From Squalus acanthias (Eukaryota): DNA of 64,000 bases. Numbering within the stretch: the stretch's first letter is position 1; each line of letters starts with the position of its first letter. The notes beneath the pieces were generated by a model that ran no database searches, had not been told where the DNA came from, and saw nothing but the letters and a program-made list of their open reading frames with translations. Below are positions 24,589 through 36,421 of this stretch, piece by piece. The DNA is taken from the NCBI GenBank assembly GCA_030390025.1, contig CM059432.1, positions 58,158,001-58,222,000 on the forward strand, read 5' to 3'. The translations under genes were made by a program, and so were the position numbers.

Positions 24589-26466
24589 ATGGCTGATCAG
24601 TGGCCCAGGGAGAGAGCTCAGCGACCAGGCATTGGAGGCTTTGGTCGCGGCTGTGGAACACCGATGGACAGTGCTGTTCACAGACACTGGCAGGAGGCCA
24701 TTGCCCTGGGAGTTCAGAAGCATGTGGAAGAAGGTGGCCCATTATGTCTCGGCCAGAAGCGTGGTCCACAGAACTCCCACCCAGTGCCGCAAGAAATTCA
24801 ATGACCTCACTCGATTGGTCAGGGTGAGTGTATGCTTCAAAAACCTCGACATCCCACCATCTCAACCTCACACTGTGTACACAGTATAAACCACCACATC
24901 CCCAATACTCACCCACCAACTATGCCCATCTACTAAACGTCACATCCATATCTCACGCCTTGCATACATTAAAAGCTATTCAACTATGGTAGGCACATCT
25001 GCCAAACACATAGCTGCACACTCACTCACACGCTTTCCTTTTTCTTGCAGGCCAAGCTTGCTCACAACAGGAGGGAGCAGCTATGAACGGGAGGAGGTGA
25101 GGTGGACCTGCACCCCCTTACAGACCTGGAGGAACGAGTGGGCCAAATCATTGGGGCCCAGGTCATGGGCGCTGTGGCCGTCGGAGACGTCGACCCCCTT
25201 GGGGACAATGGTATGTTCATCACCTCTCCCTCTTCTCTCATACCACTTCCCCCTCACAACACAAGCCCTTCCCACTTTCCATCTAAGTATACTGTCTCCA
25301 TTCCTTGCTCCCTTCCTGCCCCCCTCTCCTGACGTTAAACCCACTCTTGTGCCTATATGCTTTCAGATAATTAGCCACCATCTGATCAGCCTGTCCCTCA
25401 GCCTCCCTGTGGAAGCAACGCGGGAGAGGAGGAGGAACACCAAGCCGGAGCCCCACTGCCTGTGTCTCTTGAAGGTGCTAGGTCCAATAATGGAGCAACG
25501 CGCTCGCTGGAGGGGAGCCTAGTAGATGGGTCTGATGTGGGTGAAGCTCCGTGACCCAGCGGGCTGCAGCAGCGCCACGGGGAAGGGGAAGCTCAGGGGA
25601 CATCTCCCTGGAGGGTGAGTGCGCGCACGGGTTCTGCAGCACAGGACTCAGATGATGACGTCGATGTGGAGGCGTTGACCAGATACTGAGCTCATGGTGC
25701 AATGGCAAGGGTGCCCAAGAGCATGGATGCACTGGCAAGAAATGTGGAGGAGACCACCTCCAACATTGCACTCAGCTCTGCTCACACCATCGAGCCTATC
25801 CTTGGCAGTTTGCAAAGGATGGTCGACTTGCAGAGAGACCGTGGGGACCCAGACCTTCTGCCGCGTGTCATGGGTGAGGTGGCAGCAGCTATTGCAGCAC
25901 AGGTCGAGGCAACGCAATGGCTTAGTGCTGTAATGGAGTCAGTGGTTGCTGGCATGCAATCTCAGACTGGTCTCATGCAGTCTCAGATTGATGCCACGCA
26001 AGCGCTGACTGCTGCCATCTTTGCTGGGTCGCCCACTGTCTACTGGGGATCTCACGGTGCCACAGCAGGCCAGCAATCTGTGCTCGAGCAGATTGCTCCG
26101 GATGCTGAGGTTCTGCCCCGGGGGAGTGGCAGTGTGTCGGTCGAGCAGGAAAGTGCTGTCCTCTCTCAGGATGACAGCATTCCTGCTCCCACCACTGCCA
26201 CTCCGCCATTGCAGTTGCCGCAGCCTGTAACCCAGCCATCCCAGACTGCTGCCGCCCATGCTGAGGTGGTGCAGTCTGCAGCCGGGTCTTCCAGGCCCAG
26301 AGCTGGTCGAGGGCATCCTGCAGGGCCATCTGCAGTCTCTGGCTCCCAGACTCAGCAGCCTTCCATCAGCCTTGCTGCAGCCACTGGGGCCACATTACAG
26401 AGGAGTAGTAGGGTTGGCAGGGGGCAACTCAAAAGGGGAGGGAAATTATTGAAGAAGGGGGAGTAA
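24589..26466 (+). pseudogene. Harbinger Myb/SANT-like DNA-binding protein gene, 3 exons (24589-24823, 25051-25210, 25367-26466)
   Basis: ALEALVAAVEHRW..MWKKVA..RTPTQCRKKFNDL Myb/SANT motif; GT-AG introns; early frameshift, TGA at 25084 and further breaks in exon 3. Confidence 0.85.
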
Positions 26467-26494
26467 AGAATACTTTAGTAGCAAATGGGGGTAG

Positions 26495-26730
26495 TGTGTG
26501 TTAATAAATTGATGTGTTTGTAAATATATTGTTGTGTTTGTAAATATATTGTTGTGTTTGTAAATATATTGTGTTTGTGAACAAATAGTTATGCTTGTAA
26601 ATAAATATTTGTGTTTGGTAACAAATAATTCAGTTTGATAAGAAAGAGTTGTGTTTGTTGATAAATGGTTGTGTTTGTTTATGAATAGTTGTGTTTCATA
26701 AGAGAGAGTTGTGTTCGATAATAAATTGTT
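26495..26730. repeat. ~20-bp AT-rich tandem repeat (TGTGTTTGTAAATATATTGT-like)
   Basis: About 11 progressively diverging units between the convergent gene ends of the Harbinger. Confidence 0.8.
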
Positions 26731-26844
26731 AATTTGACATTGCACATTTTGTGATGTTTCTCTTTTGACCTTTGCCCAGTGATAAGGGCTGTGAGCTGGA
26801 TGTAATGATGTGTTTGTGCTGCGCAAACGCCATGTGCTATATCA

Positions 26845-27961
26845 TTGATTGGAAGCACTGTCTAATGAGGCGCTCATGCACAGCCCTTGCAGAAGCAAAA
26901 TTGAGTGCCTCCCTCCTCCGTTGCTGCTGCTCCTCCTCCTCTTCAGTGTCCTCCTCCGCTTCCTGCTCTCCCTTTTCCTCCTCCTGAGGTGGACCTGCAA
27001 TCCCTGGTGGCAATGGCTGGGCCTTGGAATGACCAGGTTGTGCAGCATGCAGCACACAACGATGAAAAGGGAGACTCGATCAGGGGAGTACTGCAGGGCT
27101 CCTCCAGAGTGGTTAAGGCAGCGGAAACGTTGCTTTAGCACCCCGATAGTGTGTTCGATCAGGTTCCTGGTGGCGCTATGGCTCTCATTGTATGCGTGCT
27201 GAGCAGGAGTGTTGGGGTTGCGGAGGGGTGTCATCAGCCAGGTGGCGAGTGGATAACCCTTGTCTCCAAACAGCCAGCCGTGAGTTTCATGTGGTGGATG
27301 CAACAGTGCTGGGACACCAGTCTATCGCAGGATGAATGCATCGTGGCTGCTGCCAGGATAGCGGGCATTGACGGCAAGGATAAGCTGTCTGTGGTCGCAC
27401 ACCAACTGCATATTCAGAGAGTGGTAACCTTTGCAGTTACGGAACACCTTTGCATTGTGATGAGGTGCCCACAATGCCACGTGGGTGCAGTCAATGGCGC
27501 CCTGAACCATGAGGAAGCCCGCTATCCTTGCAAAGCCTCATGAGCGTTCGTCCTGCTTCTCTCTGGTCATGGGGAATGAGATGTACTCCCTTCTCCTTCT
27601 GTAGAGAGCGTCTGTTCCCTCCCGGATGCAGCAATGGACGGCGAACTGCAAAATCTTTACAATATCCCCTGTTGAAGCCTGGAAGGATCCGCTGGCGTAG
27701 AAATTGCGAGCGACTGTGACCTTAACTGCCACTGAGAGACACGTCCTGGTCCTGAGCTGAGGCTGGAGCTCTGGCTGCAGGAGGTGGCAGAGCTCAGTGA
27801 CCACCTCCTTCTAAGGCACTGCTCCTCTGAGAGATGAATGTAGGAGAAGCGCTCCCGGAAAACCCTGGGAGGGTAAGGCCTCCTGTTGTGAGGTCGAGGC
27901 CCTCCTCCTACCTCTGGCCACATTGCCGGAGGGCAAGGTGGAGTGCCAGTACAGCCCCCAA
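26845..27961 (-). pseudogene. Harbinger DDE transposase (HARBI1-like nuclease), frameshifted
   Basis: GAIDCTH, YHSLNMQLVCDH, YPGSSHDAFIL, GDKGYPL and [15 protein letters not shown] spread over several frames. Confidence 0.92.
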
Positions 27962-28734
27962 AAATGAGAGAAAAGAGGACGTAGAAATGTTCAGAGCAAT
28001 ACAAGTGAAGAAACTGTTAGAGCAGCAACAAAGCAAAAATGGAGAAAATGTGAACGCAGCCAAAATGCTATCTGACAAGCCAGCACTGTATCTGACCTCC
28101 CAGTGAACTGATAAGTGATCCCTTTAAATAGTGCCCCGGGAGCGGCAATCCCAGGTATCAACGCCTGCTATTTCTGTTGTTCTCAGCGCCAGGCGGTAAG
28201 TCAGGGGAAGCGACTGAATTTTGTATCCAGGGCGCGAACAGGGTATTGCACACACTCATTGACGTCACGGTCTGAGCGGTGTTAGAGAGCCAGGCACTAA
28301 GTGTTAGCGCCAGCGCTAAATGCTGACTGGATTTTGCGGGCGGCGTTGGAATTGCCACGCCCTTAGCACCCCATTAGCGCCCCGCCCGGGTGCTAACAGG
28401 AGGCGCTAAAGTACTGAATTTCTAGCCCACTGAAACTCACAGCTGTCAACTGCGAGGCTGAGTGTACTAAGCCAGCTTAGCCAGGAGAGTTAAGCTAGAG
28501 GGAATTTACAGTAAGTGATGTTCTATTTAAAAGTCCGGTTGTTTTATATATTGAGGAGTATTGTATTCATAAACCATGTGATGTTTTTCACCCATCTTAC
28601 GTAAAAGAAAACACTTGTTGGTGCAAAGCAGGTGCCATTATTTCCTACATTACAACAGCGACTACACTTCAAAAGTACTTAATTGGCTGTAAAGTGCTTT
28701 GAGACTTCCTGAGGTCATGAAAGGTGTTATATAA

Positions 28735-29490
28735 GCCCTGTCCAAGCTCTGTTCAGCTGGACACAGATCCTGTACTCCAGGGGCCGTCGATGAAAAGGAT
28801 AATTATTAAGGTGCAGCAGAAAGTGTGCGACCTACTGACAGGCCTTCCACGCACACTGTCCACGATTGCACAGAGAATGGAGGAGCCCCACTCAAGCATG
28901 AGTAGATTGATGTCGCAGGGCATTGCGAGGATATCTTTTTCTATGGATAGAGTGACCAACTCTGTGGAACATCAATCACGGCAATCAAATGAGTCCATGC
29001 AGGCCTTGACCACGGCCATGCAGACTCTGGATGCCAAAGTGTCTGGTGCCTTGAAAAGGAAAGACAGACACCTTAGCCTTAGCCATACAGCATGTCTCTG
29101 ATCTGCACCAAGCTGCTCTCCATAAGAGTGGTAGGAGTGAAGTGCGGCTGGTCCATGAGAGGGATGATGGTGAAAGGGGACATGAAAGAAGGGACTTCAC
29201 TCAAAGCACTCCCACTTCTCACCCGTTGCTCCCTGCTCAGTCAGTACCTGACATGCTGCCTCCTCTACCAATGGCTAAGTCTGCCCCTGCATAGGTGCAG
29301 CTGGAGCAGTCTTTGGCGGGGCCCTCATGGGCTCCAAAACCCAGAGGTCATTGGCCAAGAGCATCTCAGCAGTCAGAGCAGGGATGAGAGCAACTTGCCT
29401 CTACCTCTGCTCAAGGCACAGGGGTTGCACCACGTAGGAGCAATGGGAAAAGGAAGAGTAAAGCTTTGTAGTTGTGCAAGGGTATGACAA
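28735..29490 (+). pseudogene. Fragment of last exon of a diverged Harbinger Myb-protein gene
   Basis: LTGLPRTLSTIAQRMEE...MQALTTAM resembles MARVPKSMDALARNVEE...QALTAAI of ORF 25702-26466. Confidence 0.6.
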
Positions 29491-31184
29491 AATGTTACTC
29501 TGTTAAGTTTCCTTTCTGTAGTATAAGCACATAAAATGTATTACTTTACATCACTTTCCCGTGTTATCCATTCTTGGTTGCTGGGTGGCAACTTGCCTTT
29601 AGAGTTGTTTGTTGATGAATGGGAAGACATGAATTGATGGGAACCAATGGGGGGATATGCAATGGATGGTTGCTTGGTTGCAGGACTGCTTTGTATCAGT
29701 GGAATTGGTGGTGGGGGGGGAATGAGATTTGCTGTTTGATGTGGTTGTAATATGGGTCTAGTGCTGGTAACTACTTGAACCTTACAACTATAAGGGAATC
29801 CCTGGCATCCCGGTTCTCTGTTACATTCCCCAGATCATGCTATCTATTACCTAGCTGTTGGGCAGTAAAAGGTGCACGTCAGGTCATAGGTTACAAAAAA
29901 ATCTGCGTATCGGAGTGGTTGGTGATGCTGAACCTGAGATAATATCAAAGATAATAACCCAAAAATATGATGTATGATGTAAAAAAGAAATAACTCGTAT
30001 TTATGTAGCACTTTTCACAGCTTAGGGATTTCCTAAAGTACTTCACAGCTAATAAATTAAATTTTAAGTGTATTACACTCCTATTGTTATAAAATAGTGG
30101 ATCCATGACTCACTGTGAGCAATGCCATGGGAGATCTGCTAATATATATTATCTTGCTTTATGTCATTATTCAAGGACCCATTATTGTCAACTGGTGAAA
30201 AGTGGATGATTACTACTAATAGTGACAGCTTGTTGGCTGTTACTAACATAGTATTTAACATAGTGCTCCACTTTGATCCATCAGATTCTTTACAATGATG
30301 TCTGCTTTGGACAAGTTCTATAAAAAATATTATGTTGTTCAATCTGTTTATTAAATGTAACATCATTCAGAAGTCCACAGCAGACCAGCTGCCCATTCCT
30401 TTATGGCTCATTGTACTGTGAAATGAGATGGTTTGTATAGATTAAGAATTTTTAGCTTACAAGACAGAAGGTCACTACAACAATACCTTACGAAATGTCT
30501 GCCCTGATATATTATCAGGACAAATGCAGCCCCTACCCACATATGGTATGAAATTTAGTCATCTGTGAAACAGTGGTGTGTTTTGGACAGGTGTTATTGG
30601 TGTCCCTTGGCTTTGTTCATGGACACATGACTGCCTTTTACAATGTCAGTGTTCAAAAATAAGTACTAACCTTTCAATATGAGCATCATAATGCAGAAAG
30701 ATCATGAATAAATCAGTCTGCGAAAGGTAGCCACTGGCTACAACACAACGGCTTAGAAATTCGCGGACTTGCTGCTCTCCGTTAAGGCTCGTTTCTGGGA
30801 AGAAAATGATGGCTGCCTCATTTCCGCCTGCCTCCAGAGCTGAACTCAGCGGCCGCCAATTTGGTAAAGGCCATAGCACTCCTGTTAGCAGCGCTGTCCC
30901 TAGAAACGCCATGCCTGCAAACTTCGCTGACTTTAATGCTGGGTCTGAAGCATGCTCAGAAAAGTGTGCATGCAGCAGACCTCGAGAAAGGCTGTCAGCG
31001 TTTCTTAAAGGGACACACACATCTTTCAGGTAAGTTTGGATTTAAGCTTTTGAACTGGGTTTTGTTTATTTTATTGAAGTAGAGGCTTGGTGCAATAGAT
31101 GTTAAAAGTTTTCAAAGTGTGCAGGGAGTGCTGCTGGACAAGATGTCTTGGATGGTAAAGGAAGGTCTCTGAGAAGACAGAACT

Positions 31185-31305
31185 TGCTGGAAATACTCAG
31201 CAGGTCAGGCAGCATCCGTGGAGAGAGAAACAGAGTTAACGTTTCAGGTCAAGATGCTGCCTGACCTGCTGAGTATTTCCAGCATTTTCTGCTTTTATTT
31301 CAGTT
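31185..31305. repeat. Penelope pLTR-derived inverted repeat (32-bp perfect arms)
   Basis: 31185-31216 is the exact reverse complement of 31253-31284; the sequence matches PLE pLTR ends at 54395-54460 and 55028-55075. Confidence 0.85.
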
Positions 31306-32250
31306 TTCCAGTATCAACTTGCAGAGGGAAGAGGAAACCGCAGAAGAGGAGGAAGCAGAAGAGGAGGAAGCGGAAGGAAGGATGCATCCCAGGCAGCCCC
31401 TTTCTGGCCAGGATATCCGGAATGGAATCATCTGCCTCCGCTGCCAGTGACCACAACCCCAATTCTCCTTTCAAAATTTGTCCCACACCTTACCTTCCCG
31501 CTGGTACTGACCATCACAGTGTCCTCTTGGCCACAATGCTGAAATAAAGCCACCACAAAGAAAACTTTTCAATCCAACTGTATACATCTATCCATCCAAT
31601 ATGACATCAAGAAATCAACTCATCACCCTTATGCATTCCCTTAGTGACTGTCTTTTGTGTGCCTTTGCCTATCCTACTGATGTCATGCAGTGCTACCCCA
31701 GTGGCTGCAACATGGTTGGTGGAAGGCTGCTGACTTTTAGTGGGGGACACTGCAGATGGCCTTGCAGGACGACCTTGAGGAGCTGGTGGCTGGGAGTGAG
31801 AAATCGAGTGACGGTGTTTCTTCCTCTTCTTCAGTCTCCTCTCCCTTTTCCTGGTCAACCACTGACTGGGCAGGCTGGATTTCTTGGGTGTGTGAAATGA
31901 GGAAGGCACAAGGGTGGAGTTGTGGTGAGGGGAGAGTGGGAAAGAAAGAGGTGCACGCGAGAAGGAGTATAACGTATGAGGATACCAGCATCTTGTATCC
32001 TTTCAGCTCCGCCACTGGCCAAGGACTCAGCCATGCCCCTGCCAAGAATGGCCAGCATTGTCCCCTCCAAGGGGATGAGGTGAAGCTAGGAATGTGAGGT
32101 GTGCCTCGTGTTTGGTACAGATTGTTGGTAGGTGAGTGATGGTGGGGGAGGAGGTCCTGCAATGAGCAGTGTGCGAGGCTAGTGGTGCAGTTGGTAGGAG
32201 ACGGCTTTTGAAGATGTATTCACTGGCCTTGACCAGTAGTCTGAGGTCAT

Positions 32251-34924
32251 AGATACATAGATACATAGAAGATAGGAGCAGGAGTAGGCCATCCGGCCCT
32301 TCGAGCCTGCTCCGCCATTTAATGAGATCATGGCTGATCCTCCAATTCAGTATCCCATCCCCGCCTTCTCTCCGTAACCCTTAACCCCTTTTGCCTGTAG
32401 AAATATATCTAATTCCCTCTTAAATGTATTTAATGAGCTGGCGTACACTGCCCTCTGTGGCAATGAGTTCCACAGGTTCACCACCCTCTGAGTGAAGAAA
32501 TTCCCCCTCATTTCTGTCCTAAATGGTTTAGCCCTTATCCTTAAATTATGTCCTCTAGTTCTGTTCTCACCCGCCAAGGGAAACATTCCTTCTGCATCTA
32601 GTCTGTCTAGACCTGTCAGAATTTTATACACTTCTATGAGGTCCCCTCTCAATCTTCTAAACTCCAGTGTGTACATCCCTAAACTACATAGTCTCTCCTC
32701 ATAGGTCAATCCCGCCATTCCTGGTATCAGCCTGGTGAATCGCCGCTGCACCCCCTCCATGGCAAGAACATCTTTCCTCAGATGAGGCGACCAAAACTGT
32801 ACACAGTACTCGAGGTGTGGTCTCACCAGTGCCCTGTACAGCTGCAGCAAGGTATCCCTGTTCCTGTATTCCAACCCTTTTGCTATGAAGGCCAGCATAC
32901 CGTTTGCCTTCTTGACCGCCTGTTGCACCTGCATGCTCGCCTTCAGTGACTGGTGTACAAGAACACCCAGGTCTCTCTGTACTTCCCCCTCTCCCAATTT
33001 ATTGCCATTTAAATAATAATTTGCCCTCCCGTTCCTGCACCCAAGGTGGATAACTTCGCACTTGTCCACATTATAGTGCATCTGCCATTTATCCGCCCAA
33101 TCACCCAGTCTGTCCAAATCGCTCTGGAGCTTCCTGGTCTCCTCCTCTGAGCCCACCCCCCCTCCTAGTTTAGTGTCATCTGCAAATTTGGAAATGCTGC
33201 ATCCGACTCCCTGATCCAGGTCATTAATGTAAATTGTGAACAGCTGGGGACCCAGGACAGATCCCTGTGGTACCCCACTTGTTACTGCCTGCCATTCAGA
33301 AAATGAGCCGTTTATTCCAACTCTCTGTTTTCTATCTGACAGCCAGTTCTCTATCCACGTCCATACTTTCCCCTTTATCCCATGAGCTTCAATTTTCCAT
33401 GCTAATCTTTTATGTGGGACCTTATCGAAGGCCTTTTGGAAGTCCAGGTACACCACATCTACTGGCTCTCCCCCATCTATTTTACCAGTTACTCCCTCAA
33501 AAAATTCCAATAGATTAGTCAAGCACGATTTACCCTTTGTAAATCCATGTTGACTCTGTCCTATCCTGTCCCCATTTGCTAAGTGCTCCGCTATTTCATC
33601 CTTAATGATGGACTCCAGCATTTTGCCCACAACTGATGTAAGGCTTACAGGTCTGTAATTACCTGCTTTTTCCCTACCCCCCTTTTTGAATAGTGGGGTA
33701 ACGTTAGCTACCCTCCAATCCATGGGCACTGTTCCCGAGTCTAATGAATTCTGAAAAATCATACTTAGTGCATCCGCTATCTCTAGGGCCACCTCCTTCA
33801 GTACCCTAGGATGCATGTTATCAGGCCCTGGGGATTTGTCCGCCTTCAATCCCTTTAGCTTCCTTAACACCATATCCTTAGAGATATTGATTTGCGTCAG
33901 TTCCTCCTTTGCCAATGTCCCTATTTTTCCCGATATCCCAGGGAGGTTTTTTGTGTCTTCCTTCGTAAAGACTGACCCAAAGTATGCATTTAGTTGGTCT
34001 GCCATTTCCTTATTTCCCGTTATATATTCCCCCGTATCTGACTGCAATGGACCAACTTTGGTTTTCACCAGTCTTTTCCTCTTGATATACTTATAAAAGC
34101 TTTTGGAGTTAGTTTTTATATTTTCCGCCAGCTTGCTTTCGTAAGCTATTTTGCCCCTCTTGATTAAGCCCTTTGTCCTCCTTTGCTCTATCTTAAACTG
34201 TTCCCAATCTTCCGCTCTGGCGATTTTTTTGGCTATTTTATACGCCCTATCTTTGGATTTTATGCTGTCTCTAATTTCCCCTGTTATCCACGGTTGAGTC
34301 ACCTTTTTAGATTTCCTTTTATGCCAGATTGGTATAAACAATTTTTGCAATTTTGTCATTCTATCTTTAAATGCTTGCCATTGTTTATCTACCTCCAGTC
34401 CTCCCAGGAACGTTGTCCAATCAGACCTACTCAGTTCCCGTCTAATGGCATCATAATTCCCCTTGTTTAAATTCAGGACCTTAGTCTCTGAGTCAATTTC
34501 TTCGCTCTCCATTTCGAGTGAGAAATCGATCATGTTATGATCGCTCTGACCCAAGGGTCCCCGTACAACAAGATTACTAATTAGTCCCTTCTCATTGCAC
34601 AGTACCCAGTCCAATATAGCCTGTTCCCGAGTTGGTTCCTCGACATATTGATCCAGATAACCATCCCTTAAACACTCAAGGAATTCCTCCTCCTCATTAT
34701 TTTTACTGATTAGGCTAGTCCAATCTATATGTAAGTTAAAGTCACCTATGATGACAGCTGTGCTCTTATTGCACGCTTCTCTAATTTCCCTCGTGATGCC
34801 CTCCCCAACCTCTATTTTACTATTTGGAGGCCTATATACCACTCCTATTAATGTTTTTCGCCCCTCGCTATTTCTTAGCTCCACCCATATAGATTCTGTA
34901 TTAACTGAGTTAATATCCTTCCTT
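32251..34924 (-). mobile_element. Young CR1 LINE, 5'-truncated within the APE domain
   Basis: Uninterrupted ORF2 frame; (CTATGTAT)n tail; TCAT repeated at both junctions (32247-32250, 34925-34928). Confidence 0.96.
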
Positions 34925-35094
34925 TCATGAAGCTTCTTTGGGCACTGGAGCCAGGTCGTGGGGGCGACACTTCTGGCAGTGACGGCCTCAGTGATCTGGT
35001 CCCACATCCTTCTTTCTGGAGGGCCTCCTGGCCCCTGTGGGTAGAGGACCTCTCTTGCAGTGTTGACCCCCTGCACAAAGCTGGAGTGCTGCAT
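32347..35094 (-). CDS. 915-aa open frame: ~56 aa Harbinger Myb/SANT fragment fused to CR1 ORF2 (partial APE plus complete RT)
   Basis: N-terminus VLYPQGPGGPP..MWDQITEAVTARSVAPTTWLQCPKKLH, then [37 protein letters not shown]. Expression unknown. Confidence 0.7.
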   Translation of the reverse strand: MQHSSFVQGVNTAREVLYPQGPGGPPERRMWDQITEAVTARSVAPTTWLQCPKKLHERKDINSVNTESIWVELRNSEGRKTLIGVVYRPPNSKIEVGEGITREIREACNKSTAVIIGDFNLHIDWTSLISKNNEEEEFLECLRDGYLDQYVEEPTREQAILDWVLCNEKGLISNLVVRGPLGQSDHNMIDFSLEMESEEIDSETKVLNLNKGNYDAIRRELSRSDWTTFLGGLEVDKQWQAFKDRMTKLQKLFIPIWHKRKSKKVTQPWITGEIRDSIKSKDRAYKIAKKIARAEDWEQFKIEQRRTKGLIKRGKIAYESKLAENIKTNSKSFYKYIKRKRLVKTKVGPLQSDTGEYITGNKEMADQLNAYFGSVFTKEDTKNLPGISGKIGTLAKEELTQINISKDMVLRKLKGLKADKSPGPDNMHPRVLKEVALEIADALSMIFQNSLDSGTVPMDWRVANVTPLFKKGGREKAGNYRPVSLTSVVGKMLESIIKDEIAEHLANGDRIGQSQHGFTKGKSCLTNLLEFFEGVTGKIDGGEPVDVVYLDFQKAFDKVPHKRLAWKIEAHGIKGKVWTWIENWLSDRKQRVGINGSFSEWQAVTSGVPQGSVLGPQLFTIYINDLDQGVGCSISKFADDTKLGGGVGSEEETRKLQSDLDRLGDWADKWQMHYNVDKCEVIHLGCRNGRANYYLNGNKLGEGEVQRDLGVLVHQSLKASMQVQQAVKKANGMLAFIAKGLEYRNRDTLLQLYRALVRPHLEYCVQFWSPHLRKDVLAMEGVQRRFTRLIPGMAGLTYEERLCSLGMYTLEFRRLRGDLIEVYKILTGLDRLDAEGMFPLAGENRTRGHNLRIRAKPFRTEMRGNFFTQRVVNLWNSLPQRAVYASSLNTFKRELDIFLQAKGVKGYGEKAGMGY

Positions 35095-36421
35095 GCGAGA
35101 CCCTGGATGCCCCTTCCCTGGCTTGTTGCGTCATTTGTGTTTGTGCTGAAGTACTTTTACCAGTTTTTTAGGTGCGGAAGGCAATTCAGCTTAAAAAGCT
35201 GAAGACTGCCATTTGAGAATTATTTTAAATGTTTATTTTTGTTTCAGAAGGCAGTTGAGCTGTAAGGGCTAAAAACTGCCTACTTTTTATTTTTTTTTTA
35301 TTTTAGAAGGCAGTTCCCCTTTAAGGGACATTGGGCCTCCTGCTGCCGGAAAAGAGTGTTGCACAGTAAGTTTAGCGCTGCGCTAATTTAAATTAGCAGG
35401 CAGCACCAAAATACCAGTGCTGCCTGCGCTATGAATTCAGATGGCCGTTAACTTCAACCCGCGGTAGCACCGGCAGGTTTTCGGCGTACTGGAATTTCTA
35501 GGCTAATATCTCAGTGACTGATGGTACAATGTCATTAAGAATCAGGAAGAAATTCCTCCCGCAAATTTTAGAAATTATCCTTTCCACGTGATGTTATCAC
35601 ATTTTAGGTCAGAGTAAATTAAAATGACATTATATAACGATGTGCTATGTCACTCCACAGTTAGGAATATATTCGTCCTGGCAGGTTTAGATACAGTTGT
35701 TACCATGTGATAACAAAGTGAATCTACTGCAAACTGCAATATCAAATTTTATTCAACCAACAAAACTATCTGTGCTTTATTTTTGTGTTGTTCTGCACTT
35801 TTATGAACAATTTCTGTAGGCTACCAGCAGATTGAAAATCCATTTATACATAGGAATATGAAATTAGCAGTGTAAGGATTGATATACAAAGCTGATGAAT
35901 TGAGAAATGTAAATGACAAAAACAAATGCCTGCAGTGGTCAAACTATAATGTTATTAGAACTGTGAATAGTTGTTACGAGTAGTTTTTAATCTAAATGCA
36001 AACTACTATGGTGTGAGTTATTTAAATAAACCAGAATATGGTGATATGCTGTGCTTGATTCACTGCGACTGTTAGAAATCTTTCTCTTCCCAAAGTAGTG
36101 AATGAAGCCCATTGGGCCTAAAATTTTAGTCTGGTGGAATTCCAGATTGAGGTGTGGAAAATAGGGCAGAATCCAGTTCCACTGGAATTCCACTCTGTTC
36201 CTTAAGCCCTACCTCTTTCCGGTGGGGGGAGATGTCATCTTTGGCCTGCCTCCCCTACGATTAAAGGCCATGTTTGGGGGAATTCCATCCATTCCACCTC
36301 AATAAGGTCTCTACGGTATACTCACAAGCTCAAAGCTAGTGAGAGTTATAGTGAAGCCTGTGGAAAGTCCCTAGAAGCTCTGCAAACAGAGGTAATAAAC
36401 CCCAGAGGGAATCATTTACCT

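Larger units (their letters stand above)
24235..28428. mobile_element. PIF/Harbinger DNA transposon, full length, inactivated
   Basis: TIRs GGGGGAAAAATCCGGT / ACTGAATTTCTAGCCC; flanks AGT/ACT; convergent Myb/SANT and DDE nuclease genes; GCGCTA-rich subterminal regions. Confidence 0.93.
30750..35504. mobile_element. Internally deleted Harbinger transposon carrying a PLE fold-back and a CR1 insertion
   Basis: TIR-like GGCTTAGAAATTC / GAATTTCTAGGC; acidic nuclease C-terminus at 31320-31450 (+); Myb gene end KGMHKG at ~31620 (-); Myb exon 1 at 34925-35134 and 32225-32250 (-). Confidence 0.75.

Noticed and set aside
26495..26730. Regularly spaced repeats as a CRISPR-like array
   Set aside because: Units are contiguous with no unique spacers; eukaryotic context; no cas genes.
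26845..27961. Domesticated host HARBI1 gene
   Set aside because: Flanked by TIRs, paired with a Myb gene, multicopy and frameshifted: a transposon, not the host gene.
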